A stretch of DNA of 42,091 nucleotides, from NCBI GenBank assembly GCA_038893995.1, contig JAWAQK010000016.1:1-42091 (forward strand), in the 5' to 3' direction. The DNA comes from Candidatus Thorarchaeota archaeon (lineage in GTDB: Archaea; Asgardarchaeota; Thorarchaeia; Thorarchaeales; Thorarchaeaceae). The notes beneath the pieces are model-generated. The model did no database searches. It saw only the letters and a list, made by a program, of their open reading frames with translations, and was not told the DNA's origin. A program made the translations under genes and the position numbers. Numbering within the stretch: position 1 is the first letter of the stretch; each line of letters starts with the position of its first letter. Shown here piece after piece: positions 27,959 through 37,482 of the stretch.

Positions 27959-29506
27959 CTAGACAGTATCTGCAGTATCCCCAGGGGAGCAGGGTGCACA
28001 GGGGAACACGAGCGTTATCACGTTCCATCCCTGCTCCTCCTGATACGAATACCTCACGTGGGCACCATAGCGCTCAGCCAGTAGCTTCACGACCGAGAGG
28101 TCCAAGCCAAGGGCGGTGTTCCAGGAGACCTCATCTGACGTGAGCGAGGTCTCAATCTCCGATGGGATGCGATAGGCCGCAAAGGCGAGGTTGACGTACA
28201 CCAGGTCGCCGCTCATTGACACGTCTAGGTGCACATCAGGATTCTTGTTCGAGGAGTAGCGGGCAGCAAACACCATGAAACTGACAAACATCAGCTCGAG
28301 TAGGTCGTCAGCCAGCACCATCGGCCTACGACATGTCCTGTCGTCCAGTACTATTCTCACCGAGTCATACGTCGTCCCCTTGGCAGATTCGATCGCTGCA
28401 GCCAGCGTCGAGATGAGGCCAACTGGCCTGAGAACATCGCCTGGTGACTGTTTCACCCGGCCCAAGATCTCGACCTGACGATTGACGAGTGCAGACTTCT
28501 CGACTAACATGCGAGCGCTCTCCAACATGGTCTCGTCTGCCCCGCCTCGCTCTGAGAGAAGCTCAAGGTAGACGACCAGTCCCTGAAGCAGGTTCCCGAC
28601 CTCATGCGCCCACATTCTGAGATAGAAGTCTGACTCCTGTCTTGATCTCGTTAGCTCTCTCGTGCGTTCCTGAATGATCTCTTCGAGTGTAGTTCTCGTC
28701 TCGAAGACTGCCCTAACGACGACTGCAAGGGCCAGGATGGCAAGCCCAAACAATAGGGACGAGATCCAGAGAAGTCCCCCATACTCGTACTTGGCCTGCT
28801 GGTTGCTAAAGATCATCATTCCCACAAGCCAGAAACTCAACATCATCGCTGCAGCCAGATCAGTGGAGCGATGAACCCAGACCCATCTGACCGAGAAGAT
28901 CACCAGGGTCGACACGGTCATCCAGAGGATGTAGGCAAGCATCACTGAACCGAGAGGGGTGACATCGTTGGTACCCGGCACGACTACGAGAAACGGTAGC
29001 ACGGGACTGACGAACACCGCAATCATCAACATTGGAGCGACCAGGCAGCCTGTGACTGCGGCGACCAACCTGAGTATCTTTATCCAGCGCCTCTGACCGC
29101 GTAGCGACACAGCGAATAACCCTGTCACAGTCGACAGTCCCATCAACCAGACCACGACCCGGAATCTGTCGCGGCTGGCCAAAGGCGATAGACCCTCGAA
29201 GGCATAGTGTGTGAGAAAGAAGACAAACGTCATCACGACTATGTTTGCGGCCACAAGAGAGAGAATCAGGTCCTCTGGACTCCTGAGCTGTACGTAGGAG
29301 ATCAATGCATGAGCGAACACGATCCCGGCAGACACGGCCAGCATCAAGACGAGTATGAACATCCAAAGTGTGAACGCTGGAGACGGCAGGACAGCTCCTC
29401 CTGGTCGACCAGCATCAGTCGTCAGGACATACAGACCCAGTATAAGGGCGAGACCAGCCACGTAGGATACCGTCAGAGGGTAGACATTCCTTCGCGGGTC
29501 TGCCAT
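27959..29506 (-). CDS. Membrane sensor histidine-kinase-like protein with a degenerate HATPase domain
   Basis: About 8 TM segments, an S-helix (IIQERTREL), an H-box WAHEVGNLLQ and a G2-like ALGLDLSVVKLLAERYGA. The N and G1 boxes are absent. Confidence 0.75.
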   Translation of the reverse strand: MADPRRNVYPLTVSYVAGLALILGLYVLTTDAGRPGGAVLPSPAFTLWMFILVLMLAVSAGIVFAHALISYVQLRSPEDLILSLVAANIVVMTFVFFLTHYAFEGLSPLASRDRFRVVVWLMGLSTVTGLFAVSLRGQRRWIKILRLVAAVTGCLVAPMLMIAVFVSPVLPFLVVVPGTNDVTPLGSVMLAYILWMTVSTLVIFSVRWVWVHRSTDLAAAMMLSFWLVGMMIFSNQQAKYEYGGLLWISSLLFGLAILALAVVVRAVFETRTTLEEIIQERTRELTRSRQESDFYLRMWAHEVGNLLQGLVVYLELLSERGGADETMLESARMLVEKSALVNRQVEILGRVKQSPGDVLRPVGLISTLAAAIESAKGTTYDSVRIVLDDRTCRRPMVLADDLLELMFVSFMVFAARYSSNKNPDVHLDVSMSGDLVYVNLAFAAYRIPSEIETSLTSDEVSWNTALGLDLSVVKLLAERYGAHVRYSYQEEQGWNVITLVFPCAPCSPGDTADTV

Positions 29507-29754
29507 CAGGGGTGTCTCGCTCCCACCTTCTTGTAGCAGGCCAAGATGTATCGCCGACCCTTATGAAGGATGTTTGTGGGTCCCTTCACGAGCAGTCGCG
29601 TGATAGTCTGCTGATCCGCAACTATGGACAACTCAATGGCAACTTGGACGGAGTGCTGTCCTTCGGTGGTCGAATACCTTTTATGAGTGTCTTTCGCCGA
29701 TAACTACCCCCAGTAGTCGGGTGGACGCATATCACAGGCTGGAGAACTTGCACA

Positions 29755-30174
29755 ATGGTCAAAGAAAGGTCCGCCAATGAGATGATGGACTTCGCCTCAA
29801 GATGGCTCGAAGCATGGACGGGAAACCAACCTGAGAAGCTGCTTGAGTTCTACACGGATGACGCCATATATGCAGACCCAGCCCACCGAGATGGCCTTCG
29901 CGGAAAGGATGAGATCAGAGAGTACTTCGTGAAACTACTAGCGGTATACCATGACTGGGTCTGGAAGCCAATTGAGGTGTTTCCGACACCCAGAGGTATG
30001 GTTGTCAAGTGGAAATGCTGGATAAACGTCGGAGGCGAGACAATCGAGGAGGTCGGGGTGGACATAGTCGAACTGCGCGAGGGAAGAATATCGAGGAACG
30101 AGGTCTATTTCGACCGAACGAGGCTAGTCGAGCTGGTCGAGAGGAGTAGGAGGGCCTACAGACTGAAGAACTGA
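29755..30174 (+). CDS. NTF2/SnoaL-like family protein
   Basis: WLEAW...FYTDDAIYADP...GKDEIREYF...GVDIVELREGRISRNEVYFD. Confidence 0.88.
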   Translation: MVKERSANEMMDFASRWLEAWTGNQPEKLLEFYTDDAIYADPAHRDGLRGKDEIREYFVKLLAVYHDWVWKPIEVFPTPRGMVVKWKCWINVGGETIEEVGVDIVELREGRISRNEVYFDRTRLVELVERSRRAYRLKN

Positions 30175-30190
30175 GCTGTGTGCGGACCTG

Positions 30191-30925
30191 TCAAAGCTCG
30201 TTGAGCCAACCTGCGACTGCACTGTTGAACTCGCGATGTCGTTCAAGCATGACCATGTGGCCTGCATCTGATATCACGGCGAGCTTGCTGTCACGTATCC
30301 TGTCCCTGAGAAATGTCGAGTACTTCACCGGAGTCATCACGTCCTTGTCGCCCACGACTATCAGGGTCGGTACGACTATCTCCTGGACACGATCCATTAT
30401 GTCAAACCGATTGCAGACCTCAAAGTCCCTCTTGACAACTGACGACGGACACTTGCGCATCTCGGCGATCGATGCCTCTACCATCTCTGTGTCCGCACCC
30501 TCCGCGAAGACGTAGCTTGCCATGCTTGTCACGTACGAATCGAAGTCGCGGTCCAGCAGATCGAATATGAGGGGGTTGACTCTTAGTCTGGCGCCTGTCC
30601 CAACTAGGATAAGTCCGCCGATCTTCCGCGGATATGACAGCGCGTACAACTGAGCGATGGCACCGCCCATTGAATGGCCTACAAGAACAGGTCTATCGAA
30701 CTCGCCAACGACCTTGTCAACATCATCAATGTACGACTGTGTCACATCCGGCTCGTTCCTGTCTGGTGTTGACCCGTGACCGTTCAGGTCAATTGCAACC
30801 ACGTGTGCAGCCTGTCTCAGACCTCGGAGCTGCATGAACCAGGTCGCAGATGACCCGCCCGCACCATGGACTAATACCACCGGTCTCAGACTCGTGCTGC
30901 CGGCACGCTCAGTGTGTACGAACAT
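30191..30925 (-). CDS. Alpha/beta fold hydrolase
   Basis: LVHGAGG, DLNGHG, GHSMGG, VGDKD and AGHMVM. Confidence 0.92.
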   Translation of the reverse strand: MFVHTERAGSTSLRPVVLVHGAGGSSATWFMQLRGLRQAAHVVAIDLNGHGSTPDRNEPDVTQSYIDDVDKVVGEFDRPVLVGHSMGGAIAQLYALSYPRKIGGLILVGTGARLRVNPLIFDLLDRDFDSYVTSMASYVFAEGADTEMVEASIAEMRKCPSSVVKRDFEVCNRFDIMDRVQEIVVPTLIVVGDKDVMTPVKYSTFLRDRIRDSKLAVISDAGHMVMLERHREFNSAVAGWLNEL

Positions 30926-31056
30926 GACGATGAAGGGCCCCCAACCGGGGACTTAGCCTTTTCTACTTGAACGTTTCCAACAGGGATACACGATACTGAA
31001 TCCCCCCAGATATGCTTAAATCGCATTCCCCACGATGCGGTCTGAGGTTCTGCGCA

Positions 31057-31494
31057 ATGTTCCACAATAGGACCTCATTCCTGCTATGTGTCACCGGAGG
31101 TGCCCTGATGGTGCTGTCTGGAATCGCAGGCTCGCTCTGGTGGCTAACAGAGTTCGTGGACGACCTGGGGATGATGTTCGGACCTCATTTTCGAGTCACC
31201 GCATCGATCTTGATGGGCATACTAGGGGGCCTCATGGTCATGGCGGGGATCATGATAGTAGTATCAGGCGGCCTTCTGACTACACCGAGAGTCTTACTCG
31301 GTAGGAAGCTACTCTTGGTGTCTGTGATTACGGGTGTTATGGGACTCGCAGCCAGCCTGGTCCAGTCAGTGCTGTCCAACAACATCGTGATCGACATCTC
31401 CGTCCAGATACCACAGTCAGTTGGTTGGGTGGGAGCCATTCTTTCAGTAATTGCACTGAACATAGCGGACCAGGGGCCTCTAGTGGCACATTAG
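31057..31494 (+). CDS. Hypothetical four-TM membrane protein
   Basis: Four hydrophobic segments. A TATA-like CTTAAAT at ~31015 and GAGG favour ATG 31057. Confidence 0.7.
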   Translation: MFHNRTSFLLCVTGGALMVLSGIAGSLWWLTEFVDDLGMMFGPHFRVTASILMGILGGLMVMAGIMIVVSGGLLTTPRVLLGRKLLLVSVITGVMGLAASLVQSVLSNNIVIDISVQIPQSVGWVGAILSVIALNIADQGPLVAH

Positions 31495-31552
31495 AGTCAG
31501 AGAGCCCAGTCGGGCAGTTCGATAGTCGCAGGCGAGTAGCGACAACATCTGG

Positions 31553-32182
31553 TCATGTAGTACCCCAGACTGTCAGTCCAAGCTTCGGTACCGCGTTCCC
31601 AAGAGCTGCGGCCAGCAATATCGTGCGTGAGCGGAACTCATCGGCCGAGGCGGTCATCCCAAGCTTGTGGTCTCTCACATGCAGGCCGTGCCGCATTGCG
31701 ATCTCCTCCAGGTTGGATGCCTCGATTGGCGATACGGAAACCTGGAAGCAGAGACCATCCTCCCTGCCCCTGTTGGAAAACTTACACAGGATGTCCAGTT
31801 GGACGTGATCGGGAAGGACCGTTCTGAAACGCCCACCAAACCTTCGGAAGACCACTGCGTGAAACCCGAACGCGAAGTTCAGTACCTCAAGGATGTAGTT
31901 CGCCAGCGGATATGGAAGAGAGCAGCGCAACCATGCGAACAAGACGAGGGCCACCACTACAGTGGTGACCACGAAGAGTAGGGTAGCAGATCCATAGAAC
32001 ACTGTATTGCCCAGGACCCAACCCTCGCCGGCCCACATTGGCGGGGCGACTGACAAGAGGTCTTGTACCAGTGGGCTGAAAGACAAATACGCTGCCACCG
32101 CGGATATGGCCACGAGAGACGACACGACTATCTTGACTCGCTCTCGGTAGAGCGCAAGGGAGATCTCTAGCCTCTCGTCCAT
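31553..32182 (-). CDS. Hypothetical membrane protein (N-terminal TM helices plus a soluble C-terminal domain)
   Basis: Two to three TM segments. ATG lies 3 nt after the upstream stop, with a GGTGA RBS. Confidence 0.7.
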   Translation of the reverse strand: MDERLEISLALYRERVKIVVSSLVAISAVAAYLSFSPLVQDLLSVAPPMWAGEGWVLGNTVFYGSATLLFVVTTVVVALVLFAWLRCSLPYPLANYILEVLNFAFGFHAVVFRRFGGRFRTVLPDHVQLDILCKFSNRGREDGLCFQVSVSPIEASNLEEIAMRHGLHVRDHKLGMTASADEFRSRTILLAAALGNAVPKLGLTVWGTT

Positions 32183-32185
32183 TGT

Positions 32186-32533
32186 CTAATCACCAACTGC
32201 AGTCTCGTAGATCCTCCTCTGCGTCTCACCGTACCGTCTGCACAGGTCGACGAGTACTTGGAGCAGAGGATGCTCCTCGTTTATCCGGATAGCATACAGC
32301 TTTGAAGTCAGCTGGTCTATCAGGATCATGTTGTCGTCTCTCATGTGAGCCAGTACGCCCCTGTATAGACTCCTTGACTTCCCGCTGTAACCAATGAGTC
32401 GACAAAGCTGCACCCCACTGACGCTCCTTGGATGAATGTGTGCAAGTGCCAGCAGTATTGCCCTCCTAGTGTCGCCGAGGGAACTCATGAGCATTACCAG
32501 ATCGTACAGCGGTTGTCTATCGTCCTTGTCCAT
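32186..32533 (-). CDS. Probable winged-helix DNA-binding protein (ArsR-like)
   Basis: SLGDTRRAILLAL...SGVQLCRLIG...LYRGVLAHM..DNMI...YAIRIN. ATG 32533 avoids overlap with the divergent gene. Confidence 0.6.
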   Translation of the reverse strand: MDKDDRQPLYDLVMLMSSLGDTRRAILLALAHIHPRSVSGVQLCRLIGYSGKSRSLYRGVLAHMRDDNMILIDQLTSKLYAIRINEEHPLLQVLVDLCRRYGETQRRIYETAVGD

Positions 32534-32703
32534 CTCAGTCTCATCTTGATAACTAGTTCTTTGTGTCACTCGTCGCACATCGTCCGGGTCGTGGGACTCA
32601 CACGAGAGTACGTGGGTCGTATTTGACTGTGAATCATTGTACTTGACTGTATTTGAACCCTTTTGGAGCCCGAGACATCTCCCACATAGGATTATTAGCA
32701 TGT

Positions 32704-33309
32704 ATGGCCATAGATGAAGCAATACGTTCAGGAGGTATCGAGATTCCCTTCGGAAGTAAGTACTTTGGATGGCTAGCATCCCTGGCGATAGTCCTCATCT
32801 CTGGCTGGTACCTTCTGCCATCTGGTTACAACACACTGATACTCTGGCTCGCACCGCAGCTGGGCAACTACATACGCCCAACTCTCGTGATGGTCAACGC
32901 CCTGTTGTTGAACCCCCTCAACAACCCGATCATGACCGCAATCTGGGCTGCTGCAGGCCTGGTTGGCGGAATGATCGCTGGCACCAAGAAGGGCGCATTC
33001 GTGGTGGGCCTGTTCACTTGGCTCAGCTGTATCGTGCTACTGGCCTTCTGTGTCATCCAGGTGGTATTGTCAGGTGTTGAGCTTGGTACCCTACCCCCTA
33101 TCCCACAGGGAGAGTCCATACTCAATATACTGACTGTACCACTTGTCCAGACGTTGATCACCGACATATTTGGCATCATAGCGGGGTCCGGCGGTGGATC
33201 GATCGATCCGGCCACTGCGTTGATACCCATCCTAGTCTACATCATAGTCCCAGTGGTCATCGCGGTAGTATCAGCCATTGTAGGAGCCACCATCAGGAAA
33301 AAGGAGTGA
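32704..33309 (+). CDS. Hypothetical multi-pass membrane protein
   Basis: Four to five TM segments, including the GLVGGMIAG motif. It lies 6 nt upstream of the next gene. Confidence 0.75.
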   Translation: MAIDEAIRSGGIEIPFGSKYFGWLASLAIVLISGWYLLPSGYNTLILWLAPQLGNYIRPTLVMVNALLLNPLNNPIMTAIWAAAGLVGGMIAGTKKGAFVVGLFTWLSCIVLLAFCVIQVVLSGVELGTLPPIPQGESILNILTVPLVQTLITDIFGIIAGSGGGSIDPATALIPILVYIIVPVVIAVVSAIVGATIRKKE

Positions 33310-33315
33310 GAGACA

Positions 33316-34944
33316 ATGAGAACAAACAAGACAACGATATTTGGGCTATTGTTCCTGACAGTCCTTGCAGTGGCCCCATCTGTCGCAGCATGGACACCTT
33401 TCGCACCATCTCAGGCTGACTTTGAGGATATCATCAGCCTCATCCTGACCAGGGGTGCAGAGGTGGCACTGGCATCTGTCGACGATGGCGGAGTACCGAT
33501 AGTAGTCTACGGACAGGTTGGAGTTCCGAGCGACGTCCTTCAGCTCACAGACCCCATGTATCAGGGATGTCTGGCGATGGCACTGGTTGCCACTCGCGGA
33601 GGAGTCCTCGAGTACATACTTCAGATGGTGGGATTCATGAACTCCAGCTCCAGTCAGGGCATGACCGCGCTCACGCAGTACGCCCCCGCCCAGACGATGC
33701 CCCAGTCACCACAAGACATCATAGGAATGCTTGGTAGTGACATCAAGCTGCTTGTCGCAATCTACGTCAACATCGACCAGGCAGTTTCACAGGGGAGGAT
33801 CTCACAGGTGCTGAACCTGCTATCGACCAACTTTGGTTTCTCATTCGCGCCCTTCTTGATACTGCGCATCGACAAGACCATGTTCCCGCCCGAGATGGCG
33901 GACCAGATCCCATTCGACTCCATCGATCTCTACTCATACACTATCGGGAACGAGTTTCCAAACATAATGAGCTCCGTGTTTCAGGTGATGGATGACAGCG
34001 GAATCCTTGGCGGCATCAGCACGAATGTATTCATCGACTCCCCAATGGCGGCCACGGGAATCCTCGTAGTTCCGGACATGTCTGCCCTTGGTGACTTGTT
34101 TGGCAGTACGGAATCCAGCAGTCTAGCAGAGGGGTTGTCACCATTCACCCTGGCCCAGATGGCCAACCTCACAGGCCCGATGGTAGTTGCAGCGGCGGGC
34201 TACATGGGCGAACAGGTAGTATCGTCAACAGATACCAGTCTTGGACTCGCGCAGCTGTTGGGAGCTTCATCACTGACTCCGTTGAGCGGTGCTCTCTCAA
34301 TGGTCGCTATCAACATGCCGACATCTGTGAACATCACGTCCTTCACACCGTCTGCTGAGAACTACTCGTTCTACGATCCAAGTGCGAACATGGTCGCCTG
34401 GAATGCAACACACTTTGGCGTCCAACCCGACTACAGGGTATACTTTGGTGCTGAACAGTTCCCACCAATGATCCGCCTAGAGCGGACCATCACACCCTCA
34501 TTCACTGCAGTGGGTGGGAGCGCACAGGTCACTGTGACTGTCCGCAATGAGGGAAATGCACCCATTGAGAACCTGTTCCTCAACGACACGGGCGTGAGCG
34601 GTATCTACACCACCATCTCACTGACCGGAGAGAATAGCAAGAGCGCACCAGTCCTGGCACCAAACCAGACATTGACTGTGAGCTATCAGGTCCAGTTCAC
34701 CAACGAGGGCAGTTACACCTTCCCAAGACCTGTCCTGCAGTACGTCTACAATAACAGGACATATGTCAAACTCGGAAGAGTCCAGTCTGTGGTCGTGAGC
34801 CAGGACCTGGCGGGTTTCATCGGGTCTGCGATCATGGACGGGATGCCCTTCAGTGGTGCGATACTGGCTCTCGTGGCTCTGGTCGGACTCTACTCTGTCA
34901 GAGGAATCATCAAGTCGCGGGGCGCCGGTGCGTACAACCCATAG
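33316..34944 (+). CDS. Secreted surface glycoprotein with a BatD/COG1361-like Ig domain and a C-terminal TM anchor (S-layer-like)
   Basis: Signal peptide, about 8 sequons, an Ig-like VTVTVRNEGNAPIENLFLND...LAPNQTLTVSY...GSYTFP segment and a terminal TM helix. Confidence 0.8.
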   Translation: MRTNKTTIFGLLFLTVLAVAPSVAAWTPFAPSQADFEDIISLILTRGAEVALASVDDGGVPIVVYGQVGVPSDVLQLTDPMYQGCLAMALVATRGGVLEYILQMVGFMNSSSSQGMTALTQYAPAQTMPQSPQDIIGMLGSDIKLLVAIYVNIDQAVSQGRISQVLNLLSTNFGFSFAPFLILRIDKTMFPPEMADQIPFDSIDLYSYTIGNEFPNIMSSVFQVMDDSGILGGISTNVFIDSPMAATGILVVPDMSALGDLFGSTESSSLAEGLSPFTLAQMANLTGPMVVAAAGYMGEQVVSSTDTSLGLAQLLGASSLTPLSGALSMVAINMPTSVNITSFTPSAENYSFYDPSANMVAWNATHFGVQPDYRVYFGAEQFPPMIRLERTITPSFTAVGGSAQVTVTVRNEGNAPIENLFLNDTGVSGIYTTISLTGENSKSAPVLAPNQTLTVSYQVQFTNEGSYTFPRPVLQYVYNNRTYVKLGRVQSVVVSQDLAGFIGSAIMDGMPFSGAILALVALVGLYSVRGIIKSRGAGAYNP

Positions 34945-35062
34945 ACCATCAACCAGGCTCGCAGTCTCCGGATGGACTGCGAGTCATCTCTTTCTTTCAC
35001 CATCGCTACTGACCCTTAGAATGCTTTATGTGTGCGGCCTGCCAGCTGCTCCTCGACAGCCC

Positions 35063-36022
35063 ATGGCACTAAGAGACGATCTGAACGGATTCCTCAAGCC
35101 GCAATCGACATTCTTTGGAATTGGTCCTCCAGAGGACGGAGATCCAGACGTCGGTGTCCTGGGTGTACCCTATGACGCCACATCCAGCTACTGTCCCGGT
35201 TCGAGATTCGCACCTACTGCCATCCGCATGGCCACGACCCACGAACGTTCACACAGTCTACCTCTCAGGATCACGGGAGACTGTAGCTACGTCAGTGACT
35301 ATCTGTCCCAGTTGATCACTCTAGAGGACATAGGAGACCTCGAGCTTGAATCACGACTGCCAGAACAGGCGATGTACGACATCTCAGATGCCGTGTATAG
35401 GCTTGCCAAGCACTCATCTCACCTGCTCTTCCTGGGCGGGGACCACTTCGTGACCTACCCAATAGTAAAGGGGCTCCGTAGGGGTCTGTCAAAGAGGGTT
35501 GGACTGCTCTGGATCGACGCACATGCAGACTACTATGAGAACTACGGAGGCAATCAGTTGTCTCACGCGACGCCGTTGTGGCAGATAGTGAACAATGGCA
35601 TTGTGAACAGAGATGACATCCTGTCCGTCGACCTGAGAGCTGCACTGCCTGAACACCGCGACCAGATAAGACACCTGGACAACTCAGAATCGATGCTCGA
35701 TCAACTTCAGACAGAGCTCGATCTGATCGCACAGCGTACGGACTACCTGTACGTGTCTGTGGACCTTGACGTGCTCAGACCGGAGTCGGTCCCTGGAGTG
35801 GCACACCCAGAATCGGGCGGTCTTGACCCTGAGACCCTGTTCCGTCTGCTGCGAGTCATATTCAGGACAGGGAGAGTCAGATGTGCGGACGTGGTGGAGA
35901 TGAACCCCCTGATTGACCACTGTGGAATCACATCAATCACGGCCAGGGATGTCGTCAAGGAGATCCTGACCGGTTTTGCATTTCAGAAGGGTTTTAAGCA
36001 GGCCTCCGGCCAACTTCGGTAA
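35063..36022 (+). CDS. Arginase/agmatinase family ureohydrolase
   Basis: GVPYD, PGSRFAP, GGDH, DAHAD, SHAT, SVDLDVL, PESGGL and DVVEMNP. ATG 35063. Confidence 0.9.
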   Translation: MALRDDLNGFLKPQSTFFGIGPPEDGDPDVGVLGVPYDATSSYCPGSRFAPTAIRMATTHERSHSLPLRITGDCSYVSDYLSQLITLEDIGDLELESRLPEQAMYDISDAVYRLAKHSSHLLFLGGDHFVTYPIVKGLRRGLSKRVGLLWIDAHADYYENYGGNQLSHATPLWQIVNNGIVNRDDILSVDLRAALPEHRDQIRHLDNSESMLDQLQTELDLIAQRTDYLYVSVDLDVLRPESVPGVAHPESGGLDPETLFRLLRVIFRTGRVRCADVVEMNPLIDHCGITSITARDVVKEILTGFAFQKGFKQASGQLR

Positions 36023-36053
36023 CACCAGATTCGACTTATAGTACTGTGGTGAT

Positions 36054-37436
36054 GTGCTCAAGATGGTGGACTATGAGGTCGTTGTCGCAGGCGCAGGAAC
36101 AGGCGGAGCAATCGCTGCATACACAATCGCCAGACGGGGCCATTCCGTCCTGCTCGTTGACAGGAAGCCCCGAGACAGAATAGGCGACAAGACCTGTGGT
36201 GATGCACTGGGTAGCCACCATCTCAGAGAGATGAAAGAGCTCATAGGCCTACCGGACATGCCACGAGATGTCATAGAGCATGACGTCAGCGGAATAGACC
36301 TGGTCGCACCTGATAGGGCGCACAGACTCAGGGTCCAGGGACCTACCACGACAGGATACTCGTTCAACAGACACAAGATGGGTCAGTGGCTCGTCGGCCA
36401 GGCGGAGGCTGCTGGTGCCGAGGTGCTGGCATCAACAAGAGTCACGAAGTTCGCTCTGGATGGCGGAAAGATAAAGGGTGTCCAGCTCGTTGAAGAGGAG
36501 TCTGGACGAGAAAAGACTGTCAGTGCAAGAATCGTCGTTGACGCAACAGGAGCCACAGGGGTATTGCGGAGGCAGCTCCCGGAGCCCACTCTGGTCGAGA
36601 AGACTGTTGCGAAGGAGGACATGATGGTCGCCTGGAGAGAGATCTACGAAACACCCGAGTACACGTTTGAAACGCCCGACATTCTCGACATAATCTGGGA
36701 CCAGGAACAGACCCTCGGTGGATACACTTGGGTCTTCCCTCAGGGACCGCACAGAGTCAATGTGGGCTGTGGGCTGATGACACTGCCCAACCACCGGCAG
36801 CCTAGGGAGATCTTCCAGACGTACGTCAGGGAGAACTGGGACTTCATGAAGACCGAACTGAGGCTCGTCCATGCAGGAGGAGGCATCGCTCCGGTTCGCA
36901 GACCTGTGGACGCACTGGTCGACGACAACTTCATGCTGGTGGGAGACGCAGCCTGTCAGGTCAATCCCGTGCACGGAGGCGGGATAGGCTCGTCAATGCT
37001 TGGCGGAGCACATGCAGGAATCGTCGCCTCAGAGGCCCTTGAGAGGGGTGATACGTCGAAGGAGTCTCTCTGGGAATACAACTCTCGGTACATTGAGAGC
37101 TACGGGATCAAACAGGCATCGCTGGACGTCTTCAGATGGTTTCTCGTCAACATTACCAACGACGACATCAACTTCGTGTTCAAGAAGAGGATCGTCACCG
37201 GATACGACATGCTCGGGGTCAGCATGACCGGAAAGATGGAGATGCCTCTGACTGAGAAGCTCAGAAGGTTGGGCTCCGGACTTGGTCGACTATCTCTCCT
37301 AAGACGTATCCTCAGAGTGTCAGACCTCATGGACCAGATCAAGGCGGTCTATCGCGAGTACCCACACACACCCGAGGGTCTTCCAGAGTGGAGAAAGAGA
37401 CTGGACCCCATATACGCGGCGGCGAAGGCGACCTGA
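36054..37436 (+). CDS. Geranylgeranyl reductase family flavoprotein (digeranylgeranylglycerophospholipid reductase-like)
   Basis: VAGAGTGG, KTCGDAL, VDATG, GYTWVFP and LVGDAACQVNPVHGGGI. A TATA-like TTTTAAG lies at ~35992. Confidence 0.9.
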   Translation: MLKMVDYEVVVAGAGTGGAIAAYTIARRGHSVLLVDRKPRDRIGDKTCGDALGSHHLREMKELIGLPDMPRDVIEHDVSGIDLVAPDRAHRLRVQGPTTTGYSFNRHKMGQWLVGQAEAAGAEVLASTRVTKFALDGGKIKGVQLVEEESGREKTVSARIVVDATGATGVLRRQLPEPTLVEKTVAKEDMMVAWREIYETPEYTFETPDILDIIWDQEQTLGGYTWVFPQGPHRVNVGCGLMTLPNHRQPREIFQTYVRENWDFMKTELRLVHAGGGIAPVRRPVDALVDDNFMLVGDAACQVNPVHGGGIGSSMLGGAHAGIVASEALERGDTSKESLWEYNSRYIESYGIKQASLDVFRWFLVNITNDDINFVFKKRIVTGYDMLGVSMTGKMEMPLTEKLRRLGSGLGRLSLLRRILRVSDLMDQIKAVYREYPHTPEGLPEWRKRLDPIYAAAKAT

Positions 37437-37482
37437 GTTGACATCACTGTTTCAGCCCGTTTTCGACTGATTGGGGAAACAC

